A stretch of 64,000 bases of DNA from Limisphaerales bacterium (GTDB lineage Bacteria > Verrucomicrobiota > Verrucomicrobiia > Limisphaerales > Palsa-1400). Below, in pieces: positions 20,201-29,580 of the stretch. Within the stretch, counting starts at the first letter, position 1; every line of letters starts with the position of its first letter. The translations under genes were made by a program, and so were the position numbers. The notes under the pieces were generated by a model, which searched no databases, had not been told where the DNA came from, and saw only the letters and a list, made by a program, of their open reading frames with translations. The stretch spans positions 72,297 to 136,296 of the forward strand of contig JBKQWF010000307.1 in assembly GCA_052139695.1 (NCBI GenBank). Reading direction: 5' to 3'.

Positions 20201-21402
20201 TCGCCGGAAAACACGAGTAATTGCTTTTGGTCATCCACCAGATAAAGGTCGCCATTACTGGCTTCGAAGACCCGCTTCATCCATCGATGGGGCAGCGAGG
20301 GATTCTGGGCAAAATTGGTCATGGTGTGTCCATCAAAGAAGCCCAGGCCCGTGTCTGTAGTGATCCAAAGTCCACCCGTCCGGGAATTGCACAGGGAAAC
20401 GGCGGAGCCGTAGGGCAAACCCTCGTGGGTTGAATAGATGGGGAATTTTACGTCGGCGATCTGGCTCAGGCCGAGACGCGTGCCGACCCACAGGCTGCCT
20501 TCATGGTCTTCATAGAGACTGGTGACAGAATCGTCCACCAGGCCATCCGCCTTGCGGAGGAAAGTGAATTCACCTCCCTGGTAGCGCGCCAAACCGCCGC
20601 CCGCGGTTCCAACCCAAACGACGTTATGCCGGTCCATCAGGAGGGCATCGACCTCCCCGAGGAAGTCGAAGTTTGGTTTTGGCTGGAAACTCGAATTATA
20701 GCAGCGCAGCCTTCTTTGAGTGCCGACCCATATCTGGCCTTCGGCATCCTCCAAGACCGAACGGATGTTTTCCTTTTTGAGGGAGTCATCAGGGAAAAGA
20801 CACAGCTTTCCGGCCTGCCAGTACCATAACCCGCGCTCGACTGTTCCAATCCAAAGTCTGCCCTGAGGGCCTTCGGAAAAACTCAAATAATCACCGAGGT
20901 TTTCGCCAAAGAACGTCTGGCGAGCCCCTTCCTTTTCCATGAGCCATCGGCTCACCCCAGAATGACTTGCGGTCCAGACGGCGCCATCGGAGGCCTCAAA
21001 AGCCGAAGTGACACTCTGTGCAGCCGTCGGCCACAACTTATGGCCGTCGTAAAGACCAAAGCCGCTTTCGCCTAACGCCGCCCACAAGCCGCCGGCTTTC
21101 CCCGCGCAAAGGCTCTTTATGTCGCGGCCCGCCGTTTGCTGGCCTGCAAGAGGACATGGCTTGAATCCCATCCCGTCAAACTGGTACAAGCCCTTTTGGG
21201 TGCCCAGCCAGAGATAACCGTCCCGTGTTTGGGCCACAGAGATGATGAGGTCGGCAGGCAGTCCGTTTTGCCCCGTCCAATTCTGGCAATTGTATTGGAA
21301 GAGGGACTTTGCCGGGTCCAAGGCCTGCAACGTCCCGGTCGAAAGCAGGAAGGCGCAAATCAGCGCTTTCCGCCATCGCGGTATCTTCCGGTTCGCCTGC
21401 AT
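17239..21402 (-). CDS. Giant sensor histidine kinase with beta-propeller (Reg_prop) repeats, Y_Y_Y domain and PAS domains
   Basis: 1387 aa with a signal peptide. Many xxGxLWxGTxxGL propeller repeats, a Y_Y_Y-type Ig domain (LRYQLAGFDKEWVD...GKYSFRVQACNADGLW), a TM segment, two PAS-like regions, and the same HNVGNVLNS H-box and HATPase_c core as the downstream paralog. Confidence 0.9.
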   Translation of the reverse strand: MQANRKIPRWRKALICAFLLSTGTLQALDPAKSLFQYNCQNWTGQNGLPADLIISVAQTRDGYLWLGTQKGLYQFDGMGFKPCPLAGQQTAGRDIKSLCAGKAGGLWAALGESGFGLYDGHKLWPTAAQSVTSAFEASDGAVWTASHSGVSRWLMEKEGARQTFFGENLGDYLSFSEGPQGRLWIGTVERGLWYWQAGKLCLFPDDSLKKENIRSVLEDAEGQIWVGTQRRLRCYNSSFQPKPNFDFLGEVDALLMDRHNVVWVGTAGGGLARYQGGEFTFLRKADGLVDDSVTSLYEDHEGSLWVGTRLGLSQIADVKFPIYSTHEGLPYGSAVSLCNSRTGGLWITTDTGLGFFDGHTMTNFAQNPSLPHRWMKRVFEASNGDLYLVDDQKQLLVFSGEKVVRTYTNEEFPSALAEDAESVLLAISDQLYRVKNGQFLPYSYAGKAAPVFYWINNLYVARDGTLWVASNNGIFRLRNGEFQQWSSNEGLADNRVNWVFQDEDDALWAGLANGIARLKNNQIKNLTPEHGLPGNTVYAIVPDDRGDFWMDTSSGILKASRQDLNEFADGKLPRIEYMLFDGLESAKVAGRSFQEPVACKTADGRIWIPNLRGLVMIDPAHLMTNRVVPPVHIEKIRIDGIEVENRQVPALRGGNGQMEFHFTALSYIAPQRMKLRYQLAGFDKEWVDADGRRSVVYDNLKPGKYSFRVQACNADGLWNTTGDTFEVELPPAFFQTTWFFAICALLGAGGIGLLYRWLAQRGEKKERKLKAANDLLDSKVRLRTAELAAANSALAVEIRAGERAEEALRAEQRLLRTMIDALPMYIACIDKNGKVVFANNLVSTFFGKPLSQIEGRHFKEVMPVEICVKQQGFIANCLAGRAEPFVHEYTLPNGAKVIGQGAFAPVSDKDGTIIGAVCGLADITERRQAEEELRGKTAFFEALVESSLDGILVVGNDRRKILQNKQAIDLWQIPASLTAGNDDAEQARFVMNMAKNPEEFLDDVNHLYAHPGVKDRREVELKNGTVLDRYSSSVIGKDGRYYGRIWMFRDITARKQMELEIEQTHQQLMAASRQAGMAEVATGVLHNVGNVLNSVNVSANLVVNALRSSRAATLAKVVQLLEQHKTDLADFITRDERGRNLPAFLASLDDHLAGERKHLVEELRSLLGNIEHINEIVAVQQANAHRVGVLESVQPSEIMETAIKMNQASYHSHEVEIIRDFEKAPPLLVDKHKVLQILINLLQNAKRACSQSRGRSGRVTVRIRPQGERGIRLEVADNGIGIPPENLTRIFSHGFTTQKDGHGFGLHSGALTAQDLGGTLVAHSDGPDEGATFILELPVQLQALAAANPGRPTPSEHSNSPSSATLIKGRPASLSPAPAGTETVRAG

Positions 21403-21501
21403 ATTCTTATTAACATCGTCATTTTCAGCCTTCCGCTTGAATTTGGGTGGAGCGCCAGAATATCCGTCTTGACGAAATTTGCAGGAAGTTGAGTCTAGGG
21501 G

Positions 21502-22833
21502 ATGGAATTTAGCCTCCGTCCCCGGTCATCGTGCCAAATTGGCGCAGTGACGTTTCTTCTTGTCCTCGCTCACGCCGCGCAGGCCGGTGCTGCCGCGGAC
21601 GCCCTGGCGGATTATGTCCACCGCCCGGATGACTCGTTCGCGTGGAAAAAGACCGGGCAACGACAAACGAATTCGCTTCAAGTGGTCGAGTTGGATTGCG
21701 TCTCACAAACCTGGCATGGACAGCCCTGGCATCATCACTTGCTCCTGGCGCGGCCCGCCAAATTGCGCCACCCGGACATCGCCTTTCTCTTCATCACCGG
21801 CAGCGGCAAAGTGGAGCGCGAACTGGGCTTGCTGCAAACATTGGCTGATCGGGCCGGGGCCGTCGCCGCCGCGATTAGCGATGTTCCCAACCAACCACTC
21901 TATGACGGACTCAAGGAAGATGATCTCATCGCCTATACTTTTGAGCACTATCTCGAGTCAAACGACCCGACCTGGCCCTTGCTCTTTCCCATGGTGAAAT
22001 CGGCCGTGCGCGGAATGGACGCAATAACGGCCGAGGCCCAAGCCGATTTGGGCGGGCACATCACCCGTTTCCTGGTCGGAGGCGCATCGAAGCGCGGCTG
22101 GACGACCTGGCTGACAGCCGCCGTGGACAGCCGGGTTGCGGCCATCGCGCCGATGGTCATCGACATGCTGAACATGAACGCTCAGGCGCAGTGGGCGCAG
22201 CAAATGTATGGTGGGCAGAGCGAGCAGATTAACGCTTACACTAAACTCCATCTCACCGAGCGCATGGACCCGGCAATGGTGAGGTTGCGCGGCTGGGTGG
22301 ACCCGTTCAGTTACCGCGCCCGCTACACGATGCCAAAACTGCTTTTGCTCGGCACGGACGATCCTTACTGGGTGGTTGATTCGCTGCGGCATTATTGGAA
22401 TGAACTTCCCGACCCGAAACTGGTTTTTCAAACGCCGAACGCCGGGCACGACCTTGCCGGTGGCAGCGAGGCCATTCCCGTCCTGGCCGCCTTTTTTCAG
22501 ATGATTGCCGATCACCAAACAACGCCTCGCATGACCTGGAAATTCAAATCTGAGCCGCCTGAATCCGCCACCGTGACCGTGAACTTGAGCCAGCCGGCGC
22601 AAGCGTTCAAGCTCTGGACGGCTGTTTCGACCAACCGCGACTTTCGCACCAGCACGTGGTCCAGCGCGGATTTGGCGGCGCCGGATGGGACCAATGTCAC
22701 GGCACAGGTGGAAAAGCCGGAGACAGGATTCCGCGCTTATTTGGTGGAAGCGGAAATGAAGGCCTCCACCGGTGACGATTACAAACTATCCACCGAAGCG
22801 CGCGTCATTCCGGATGGGCCGCCGGGGAAATGA
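21502..22833 (+). CDS. PhoPQ-activated pathogenicity-related (PqaA-type) alpha/beta hydrolase family protein
   Basis: 443 aa with a signal peptide. The pattern YVHRPDDSFAWKK...ELDCVSQTWHGQPWHHHLLLARP...FLFITGSG matches my memory of the PhoPQ_related family. Confidence 0.6.
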   Translation: MEFSLRPRSSCQIGAVTFLLVLAHAAQAGAAADALADYVHRPDDSFAWKKTGQRQTNSLQVVELDCVSQTWHGQPWHHHLLLARPAKLRHPDIAFLFITGSGKVERELGLLQTLADRAGAVAAAISDVPNQPLYDGLKEDDLIAYTFEHYLESNDPTWPLLFPMVKSAVRGMDAITAEAQADLGGHITRFLVGGASKRGWTTWLTAAVDSRVAAIAPMVIDMLNMNAQAQWAQQMYGGQSEQINAYTKLHLTERMDPAMVRLRGWVDPFSYRARYTMPKLLLLGTDDPYWVVDSLRHYWNELPDPKLVFQTPNAGHDLAGGSEAIPVLAAFFQMIADHQTTPRMTWKFKSEPPESATVTVNLSQPAQAFKLWTAVSTNRDFRTSTWSSADLAAPDGTNVTAQVEKPETGFRAYLVEAEMKASTGDDYKLSTEARVIPDGPPGK

Positions 22834-22890
22834 CGGTTGCGGGAAAACTTTGTTGTTTAATTCTTAATCTCGGAGCCCTTTGAATTATTT

Positions 22891-22912
22891 GGGCGGCGCA
22901 GCAGCGCCGCCC
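22891..22912. terminator. GC hairpin between convergent genes
   Basis: GGGCGGCGC-AGCA-GCGCCGCCC is a perfect 9-bp stem. It sits between the convergent PqaA-like gene and nifJ. There is no clear U tract on either side. Confidence 0.45.
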
Positions 22913-22964
22913 CACCATACTTGGGTAGGGCGCGCGCAGCCGCAACGCCCTCAAATAAATCTGG

Positions 22965-25900
22965 CTATGATTTTGTCAGCGCTTCGGCGGCGGCGGGCGT
23001 CTTGGAAAGCTGTTCGTACTGTGCGAATTTTTTCAACACGTCGGCTTGCGCGATTTCGAGCAATTCCTTGCCACGCGCCGGATTTTTGCCGGCCAGCATT
23101 TGGAAACGGCGTTCCAGGGACCAGAGGTTTTCCAACGGCAGCTTGGGAGCGGCGGAATCCAGTCTCAATCCAGGCTTGCCTTCGGCCACCCGGCGCGGGT
23201 CAAAGCGATAGAGCGGCCAATAACCCGATTCCACAGCTACTCTTTGGTGCTCCAAGCCTTGACCAAGGTCGAAGCCGTGCTCGATGCAAGGGCCATAAGC
23301 AATGATCAACGACGTGCCAGGATAGCTTTCGGCCTCTTCAAAAGCCTTCACAGTTTGAATGTCTTTGGCGCCCAAAGCCACCTGCGCGACGTAAGCCGTG
23401 CCATACGACATGGCGATCAGGCCAAGGTCCTTGCGGGCGGTGGCCTTGCCGGAGACAGCGAAGCGGGCGGCGGCCCCCAGCGGGGTCGCTTTGGATTGCT
23501 GGCCCCCGGTGTTGGAATAAACTTCTGTGTCAAGCACGAGAATATTCACGTTGGCGTTCATCGCGATGACGTGGTCCAGGCCGCCAAAACCGATATCATA
23601 CGCCCAGCCGTCTCCGCCGACGATCCAGACGGACTTGCGGACGAGGCTATCGGCCAGGGCAAAAAGCCGGGAAGCGTCCATGCCCTCGATTTTTTCCAGG
23701 CGTTGGCGCAAGTCTTTGACCCTCACCCGTTGAGCGGCAATTTCGGCCTCGTTGGTTTGCGGCGCCTTGAGCAGTTCATCGACGAAACTATCACCCAATT
23801 TCGGGGCCAGGAGGCGGGCAAGGTGCCGCGCGAAGTCGGCTTGTTTTTCCAAGCCGATTCGCTGGCCCAAGCCGTATTCGGCATTGTCCTCGAAGAGTGA
23901 ATTGGACCAGGCAGGGCCGCGTCCGTCGCCATTGACGGAGTAAGGCGTGGTCGGCAAATTGCCGCCGTAAATGGAAGAGCAGCCGGTGGCGTTGGCGATG
24001 ACAAGACGGTCGCCATACATTTGGGTCAACAATTTGAGATAAGCCGTTTCTCCACAGCCGGAGCAGGCGCCGGAGAACTCGAAGAGCGGCTCCAGGAATT
24101 GGGTGCCTTTGACGTCCGCGGCCAGGCGCGTGCGGTCGGGCAACGGCAGGTTGAGGAAGAACTCAAAATTCCGATGCTCCTGCTCGCGCAGAGGTTGGGT
24201 CGGCGCCATGTTGAGCGCCTTGCGACCGGGCTCTGTCTTCGATTTGACAGGGCAGACGGCCTCGCACAAGGTGCAGCCGGTGCAATCTTCCGGCGAAACC
24301 TGGAGCGAATACTTCGATCCTTTCCATTCCTGCGAGCGGAAATCGACCGCCTTGAAGTTGGCCGGCGATCCGTCCAGCGAACTGGCGGGATAAAACTTGG
24401 CGCGAATGGCGGCGTGCGGACAAACGAAGACGCACTTGTTGCATTGAATGCAGATCGAGGAATCCCAAACTGGAATCTCCAAAGCGATGGAGCGCTTTTC
24501 CCATTTGGCGGTGCTGGTGGGCCAGGTGCCATCAACCGGGAACGCGCTGACCGGCAGCAGATCGCCCTTGTTGGCCAGCATCGTGGCGGTGACGCGTTTG
24601 ACGAAATCCGGCGCGTGCTCCGGGATGAAGGAAACCTGGTGCGGCGCGGCGGTGACGGCGGCGGGCAACTCCACTTCGTAGAGGGCGGCCAAAGTTTGAT
24701 CGACGGCGGCGAAGTTTTGCTGGACGACGGCGTCGCCTTTTCGGCCGTACGTTTTGCGGATGGCCTTTTTGATTTGGGCAATCGCTTCCTCGCGCGGCAG
24801 GACATTGGAAATGGCGAAAAAGCACGTCTGCATGATCGTGTTGATTCGCCCGCCCATGCCTGTGGCCTTGGCCACCTGGTAGGCGTCGATCACGTAGCAG
24901 CGGAGCTTCCTGGCAATGATGGTGGCTTGCGTCTCAGCCGAGAACCGGTTCCAAACGTCCGCCGCGCCGTAAGGTGAATTGAGTAGAACGACGGCCCTTT
25001 CCGCCGCGCAGTCAAGGACGTTGTAACGGTCCAAAAAGCTCCATTGATGGCAGGCGACGAAATTGGCGCGTTTGACCAGGTAGGGCGCTTGAATGAGCTC
25101 GGGGCCGAAGCGCAAATGGGAAATGGTGACGGCGCCGGACTTCTTGGAGTCATAGACGAAGTAACCCTGGGCGTAAAGGTCTGTCTCTTCGCCGATAATC
25201 TTGATCGAATTCTTGTTCGCGCCGACCGTTCCATCCGCTCCCAGGCCAAAGAAAACGGCTCGCACGGTATTGTCGGCTTCGATATCGAAATCCGGGTCCC
25301 AGGCGAGCGACTTGTGGCTCACATCGTCAAAGATTCCGATGGTGAAATGATTCAAGGGCTTGGGCAGTCTTAACTGGTCGAAAACCGACTTGACCATCGC
25401 CGGTGTGAACTCCTTGGAAGAAAGTCCGTAACGTCCGCCGACGACCAACGTTTCCCGGCCGAACCATGCCGTATCATGTGTCTCACGCAGGGCTGTGACC
25501 ACGTCCATATAGAGCGGCTCGCCGATCGCGCCGGGTTCTTTTGTCCGATCCAGGACGGCGATTTTGCGCGTGGTTGGCGGCAGCGCTTCCAGGAATGCTT
25601 CGACCGCAAAAGGCCGATACAAGCGCACGCGGAGAACGCCGACTTTTTCGCCGTGGCGGCTGAGCCATTGCGCGGTCTGTTGCGCGGTTTCTCCGCCCGA
25701 ACCCATGATGATGATGACACGGTCGGCTTCGGGATGACCAACATAGTCAAAGAGACGGTACTTGCGTCCGGAGACGGCCGCAAAACGATCCATGGTATCT
25801 TGGACAAGGAGCGGCAGGCGCTCATAATAGGGATTGCAGGCTTCGCGGGCCTGGAAAAAGACGTCCGGGTTTTGCGCGGTGCCGCGCAGACGGGGATGGT

Positions 25901-26609
25901 CCGGCGAGAGGCCGTTGGCGCGGAAGGCCTGGATGGCCATATCGCATTCGTCCATCATTTCGCGCAATTGCTCGTCCGTCAGCACGCGGATTTTGGCCAC
26001 TTCATGCGACGTGCGAAAGCCATCGAAGAAATGGAGAAACGGCACGCGGGATTCCAGGGTCGCGGCGTGGGCGATGCAGGCCAAATCTTGCGCCTCCTGC
26101 ACGGAACCTGACGAAAGCATGGCAAAACCCGTTGACCGGCAAGCCATGACGTCGGAATGATCGCCAAAAATGGACAGCGCGTGCGTGGCCAGGCTGCGCG
26201 CGGTGACGTGCATGCAGAAGGGCAGCAATTCACCCGCGATTTTGTACATGTTCGGGATCATGAGCAACAAGCCTTGCGAGGCGGTGAAGGTGGTGCTCAA
26301 CGCTCCCGATTGCAACATGCCGTGAACGGCGCCCGCCGCGCCTGCTTCGGACTGCATTTCCACCAATTGCGGCACGGCGCCCCAAAGATTGGGACGGGCG
26401 GCCGCCGACCATTGATCGCACCATTCCGCCATCGGCGACGAGGGCGTGATGGGGTAAATCGGGATGGTCTCGCTCAACCGGTAGGCGATGGAGGCAACGG
26501 CTTCATTGCCGTCGAGCGTGGCAAATGGGCTTTCGACGAAATCGGTGGCGGCGACGGTGCGGACGCTCCGTTCATTTGCGCCGGCGATGGGAGTGGAAGA
26601 TGTATTCAT
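22965..26609 (-). CDS. nifJ: Pyruvate:ferredoxin (flavodoxin) oxidoreductase, single-polypeptide NifJ/PFOR type
   Basis: 1214 aa. Two ferredoxin-type clusters (CIQCNKCVFVCPHAAIR and CTGCTLCEAVCP), a TPP-binding region (GGDGWAYDIGFGGLDH) and the cluster-proximal GACSGCGET. The start lies 2 nt after the nuoN stop. Confidence 0.95.
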   Translation of the reverse strand: MNTSSTPIAGANERSVRTVAATDFVESPFATLDGNEAVASIAYRLSETIPIYPITPSSPMAEWCDQWSAAARPNLWGAVPQLVEMQSEAGAAGAVHGMLQSGALSTTFTASQGLLLMIPNMYKIAGELLPFCMHVTARSLATHALSIFGDHSDVMACRSTGFAMLSSGSVQEAQDLACIAHAATLESRVPFLHFFDGFRTSHEVAKIRVLTDEQLREMMDECDMAIQAFRANGLSPDHPRLRGTAQNPDVFFQAREACNPYYERLPLLVQDTMDRFAAVSGRKYRLFDYVGHPEADRVIIIMGSGGETAQQTAQWLSRHGEKVGVLRVRLYRPFAVEAFLEALPPTTRKIAVLDRTKEPGAIGEPLYMDVVTALRETHDTAWFGRETLVVGGRYGLSSKEFTPAMVKSVFDQLRLPKPLNHFTIGIFDDVSHKSLAWDPDFDIEADNTVRAVFFGLGADGTVGANKNSIKIIGEETDLYAQGYFVYDSKKSGAVTISHLRFGPELIQAPYLVKRANFVACHQWSFLDRYNVLDCAAERAVVLLNSPYGAADVWNRFSAETQATIIARKLRCYVIDAYQVAKATGMGGRINTIMQTCFFAISNVLPREEAIAQIKKAIRKTYGRKGDAVVQQNFAAVDQTLAALYEVELPAAVTAAPHQVSFIPEHAPDFVKRVTATMLANKGDLLPVSAFPVDGTWPTSTAKWEKRSIALEIPVWDSSICIQCNKCVFVCPHAAIRAKFYPASSLDGSPANFKAVDFRSQEWKGSKYSLQVSPEDCTGCTLCEAVCPVKSKTEPGRKALNMAPTQPLREQEHRNFEFFLNLPLPDRTRLAADVKGTQFLEPLFEFSGACSGCGETAYLKLLTQMYGDRLVIANATGCSSIYGGNLPTTPYSVNGDGRGPAWSNSLFEDNAEYGLGQRIGLEKQADFARHLARLLAPKLGDSFVDELLKAPQTNEAEIAAQRVRVKDLRQRLEKIEGMDASRLFALADSLVRKSVWIVGGDGWAYDIGFGGLDHVIAMNANVNILVLDTEVYSNTGGQQSKATPLGAAARFAVSGKATARKDLGLIAMSYGTAYVAQVALGAKDIQTVKAFEEAESYPGTSLIIAYGPCIEHGFDLGQGLEHQRVAVESGYWPLYRFDPRRVAEGKPGLRLDSAAPKLPLENLWSLERRFQMLAGKNPARGKELLEIAQADVLKKFAQYEQLSKTPAAAEALTKS

Positions 26610-26611
26610 AA

Positions 26612-28087
26612 TTAGAAAGGGGTGGAATTAAGGGCATGGGAAAGAATGCTGAGCAGCAAACCTGGCGCGCAGCCGAGAATAATAACAAGTCCCGCCAGCA
26701 GCACGATGGCCAATTGCGCCGAGAGCGACGGACGGAGCACGACCGCGGACGGGGACGGATCGGCGGCGTAAATCTGTTTGAGAATCTGCAAGTAATAGTA
26801 AAGAGAGACCGCGCTTGCGGCCACGGCCAGGATTACCAACCACAGCAAACCGAGGTTGGGTGCGGCCCCAACCGCCGCGGTGAAGAGGTAGAATTTTCCA
26901 AAGAACCCCGAAAGCGGCGGAATTCCCGCCAGGGACAGCATGAATACCAACATGCAGAAAGACAGCAACGGCGCGCGCCGGCTCAAGCCGGCGAAATCCG
27001 CCAAGTCGGCGCGGGCGTCGCTGTTTTCAACCACAGCGACGATCGCGAAGGAGCCGAGCACAGTCAGGGCGTAAGTGATGACGTAAAAGAGAAGCGGAGC
27101 CAGGCCGCGTTGCCCGGCCAGGAGCGCGATCATAGCGTAGCCGGCATGGGCGATGGCGGAATAAGCCAGCAAGCGTTTGACGTTGCGCTGCACAAGCGCG
27201 GCGAGATTGCCCGCCACCATTGAGACCACGGCCAGCGTGGCCAGCAGCGGCATCCAGCCCGGCAAGAAAGCTCCAAGAGACGCGCTGCCGCCGTTGCCGC
27301 CAAAGCCGGTGAGCAAAATTCTGGCCACGACAAAGAAGCCGGCAACCTTTGACCCCGAAGCAATGAAGGCCGCGATCGGCGTCGGCGCGCCTTGATAGAC
27401 ATCCGGGGCCCAAAAGTGGAACGGCGCCGCCGCCAGTTTAAAGGCAAACCCCACCAGGGTCATGACCAGCGCGACATAAAAAACAGGCTCCACCCCGCTC
27501 GATTGCAGTTTGACCGAGATCGCGCCCAGATCGATTTCTCCGGTGATGCCGTAGAGCAAACTAATCCCAAAGAGCGTGAAAGCCGCCGACATGCCGCCGA
27601 AGAGAAAGTACTTCAGCGCCGCCTCGGAGGAGGCCACGCTTGCTTTGTCCAACGCCGCCAGCGAATAAAGGCAAACACTGAGCAGTTCGAGCGCGGCGAA
27701 GATCATGAGAAGATTTTCCGAGCTGATCAGGAGCATCAGCCCCGCCGTCGCCAACAGGAGCAAAGCGAAGTATTCGCCAATGTGGGCGGTGAATTTCCTG
27801 GCGACGGGGAAAACCGCGCACACCCCGGCCAGCGCCAGCAGAACAACTTTAATGAGCTGGCTCAATGGGCTGGCGGAAAACATGGCCGCGCCCCGCGGCG
27901 GGGTGACCGCAAGAGTCAGCATGGCCGCAACGCAGGCCAGGCAAGTCAACATCCCGCAGGCCATCCAACGGTCGGTCAGGGTTTTGCGCCGTTTCAGGGC
28001 AAAATCGGCGGCCAGAACCACAAATGCCGACGCGGCGATGACCGCTTCGGGGAGCAGCAAATGGGCCCATTGGAAATCGGGACTCAT
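26612..28087 (-). CDS. nuoN: NADH-quinone oxidoreductase subunit N
   Basis: I place the start at the internal ATG at 28087 (MSPDFQWAHLLLPEAV), which overlaps the nuoM stop (ATGA). It is an antiporter-like 14-TM subunit and the last gene of the nuo cluster. Confidence 0.9.
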   Translation of the reverse strand: MSPDFQWAHLLLPEAVIAASAFVVLAADFALKRRKTLTDRWMACGMLTCLACVAAMLTLAVTPPRGAAMFSASPLSQLIKVVLLALAGVCAVFPVARKFTAHIGEYFALLLLATAGLMLLISSENLLMIFAALELLSVCLYSLAALDKASVASSEAALKYFLFGGMSAAFTLFGISLLYGITGEIDLGAISVKLQSSGVEPVFYVALVMTLVGFAFKLAAAPFHFWAPDVYQGAPTPIAAFIASGSKVAGFFVVARILLTGFGGNGGSASLGAFLPGWMPLLATLAVVSMVAGNLAALVQRNVKRLLAYSAIAHAGYAMIALLAGQRGLAPLLFYVITYALTVLGSFAIVAVVENSDARADLADFAGLSRRAPLLSFCMLVFMLSLAGIPPLSGFFGKFYLFTAAVGAAPNLGLLWLVILAVAASAVSLYYYLQILKQIYAADPSPSAVVLRPSLSAQLAIVLLAGLVIILGCAPGLLLSILSHALNSTPF

Positions 28088-29577
28088 GTGGTCACTCCTT
28101 TCCACAGAGGTTGCATGAGGGGGGAATTCAGCGCCGGTGTGATTAAATCCAGCAACAGTTTCGGATAAAGCCCGATCAACAAGGACGTGCCGAGAAGAAC
28201 GCAGGCGCCTGTTCGCTCGGCGATGGAAATGGGAGCCATGCGCGCCGGCGGAAGAGAGGCCGGTGTCGAATCCTCGGCGTAGAAGGCTTTCAGCAAAGCG
28301 CGCCAGGTGTAAGCCACGCCGATCAAAATCCCCACCCCGGCAAAAATCGTAAAGAGCGGGAAGGCTTGCCATGCCCCCACCAGCACCTGCATTTCCGCGA
28401 TAAAACCGCTGAAGCCCGGCAGCCCCATGGAGGCCGCTCCGGCAATCGCAAAGGTTGCGGCGGCAAAGGGCAAAGTCCGGTTGAGGTTAAGCCGTTGCAG
28501 CTCCGTTAAATCCCGGCTATGGGCGCGGTCATAAACCATCCGTCCCACCACCGCGAAGAGCAGGCCGGCGATGATGCCATGAGAGAACATTTGCAAAATC
28601 GCGCCGCTCAACCCGACCTGGGTCAAAGTCATAAAACCCAGCAAGACAAAGCCCATGTGGCTGACGCTGGAGTAGCCGATGACGAATTTGAAATCCCGTT
28701 GCACCAGCGCGACAGTCGCACCATAGACGATGCCGATGACCGCCAGCAGCGCAATCTCCTTGCGCCAGGTTTGCAGGCCAATCGGGAAAAGAGTCATGCC
28801 CACGCGCAAAGCCCCGTAAGCGCCCAACTTCATGACCACGCCGGCCAGCAGCATCGAAGCAGCCGTGGGCGCGGCCACGTGTCCGGTGGGCGCCCATGTG
28901 TGGAACGGCCAGAGACCCGCCAAAACGGCGAAGCCGACAAACACCAGGAGAAACGCCCATTTCTGAAAGGCCGCCGGGAACGGAAATTGCGCCAAAACAG
29001 GCAGATCAAAGGTGTGGCCACCGGCGACGACAAAAGCCGCGATCAGGCCGATCAACACCATCGCGCTGCCGATGAACGAATAAAGCACCAGTTTCATCGC
29101 GCCGTATTCGCGCCGGGTTGATCCCCAGCGGGCGATCAGAAAGTACTTTGGAATGATGGCCAGCTCGTAAAAGACGAAGAGGAGAAAAAGATCGAAACTG
29201 AGGAAGACGCCATAGATCGCGCCGATTAATCCAAGATAGAGCGCAAAGAATTCCTTGGTCCGGCTTTCGACGTTCCACGAAAACAAAATGCCGCAGACCG
29301 CGGCTATCCCGGTGAGCAGGACCAGTGTCACGCTGATGCCGTCCGCCGCGAGGTGATAGTGAATGCCAAGCTGCGGAATCCAGGCGGCATTGGCGATCTC
29401 CCACAATTGGCCGTTGACCGTCCCTCGTTCACATTCCACCGCGCCTGCTAGGGCCAGGGCCAAGCCGGCCAAGGCGGTCAGGAGGGCGATGACCCGCGCC
29501 GGGCGCGAAGCGAGCGAAGGCCACAGCATCAAAAGCAATGACCCGATGAAAGAAATGTAAATAGTCCAGGCAATCAT
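28084..29577 (-). CDS. nuoM: NADH-quinone oxidoreductase subunit M (copy 2)
   Basis: 497 aa with NuoM/ND4-type motifs (LAADGISVTLVLLTG, FLLFVFYELAIIPKYFLIARWGS). Confidence 0.9.
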   Translation of the reverse strand: MIAWTIYISFIGSLLLMLWPSLASRPARVIALLTALAGLALALAGAVECERGTVNGQLWEIANAAWIPQLGIHYHLAADGISVTLVLLTGIAAVCGILFSWNVESRTKEFFALYLGLIGAIYGVFLSFDLFLLFVFYELAIIPKYFLIARWGSTRREYGAMKLVLYSFIGSAMVLIGLIAAFVVAGGHTFDLPVLAQFPFPAAFQKWAFLLVFVGFAVLAGLWPFHTWAPTGHVAAPTAASMLLAGVVMKLGAYGALRVGMTLFPIGLQTWRKEIALLAVIGIVYGATVALVQRDFKFVIGYSSVSHMGFVLLGFMTLTQVGLSGAILQMFSHGIIAGLLFAVVGRMVYDRAHSRDLTELQRLNLNRTLPFAAATFAIAGAASMGLPGFSGFIAEMQVLVGAWQAFPLFTIFAGVGILIGVAYTWRALLKAFYAEDSTPASLPPARMAPISIAERTGACVLLGTSLLIGLYPKLLLDLITPALNSPLMQPLWKGVTT

Positions 29578-29580
29578 GGC

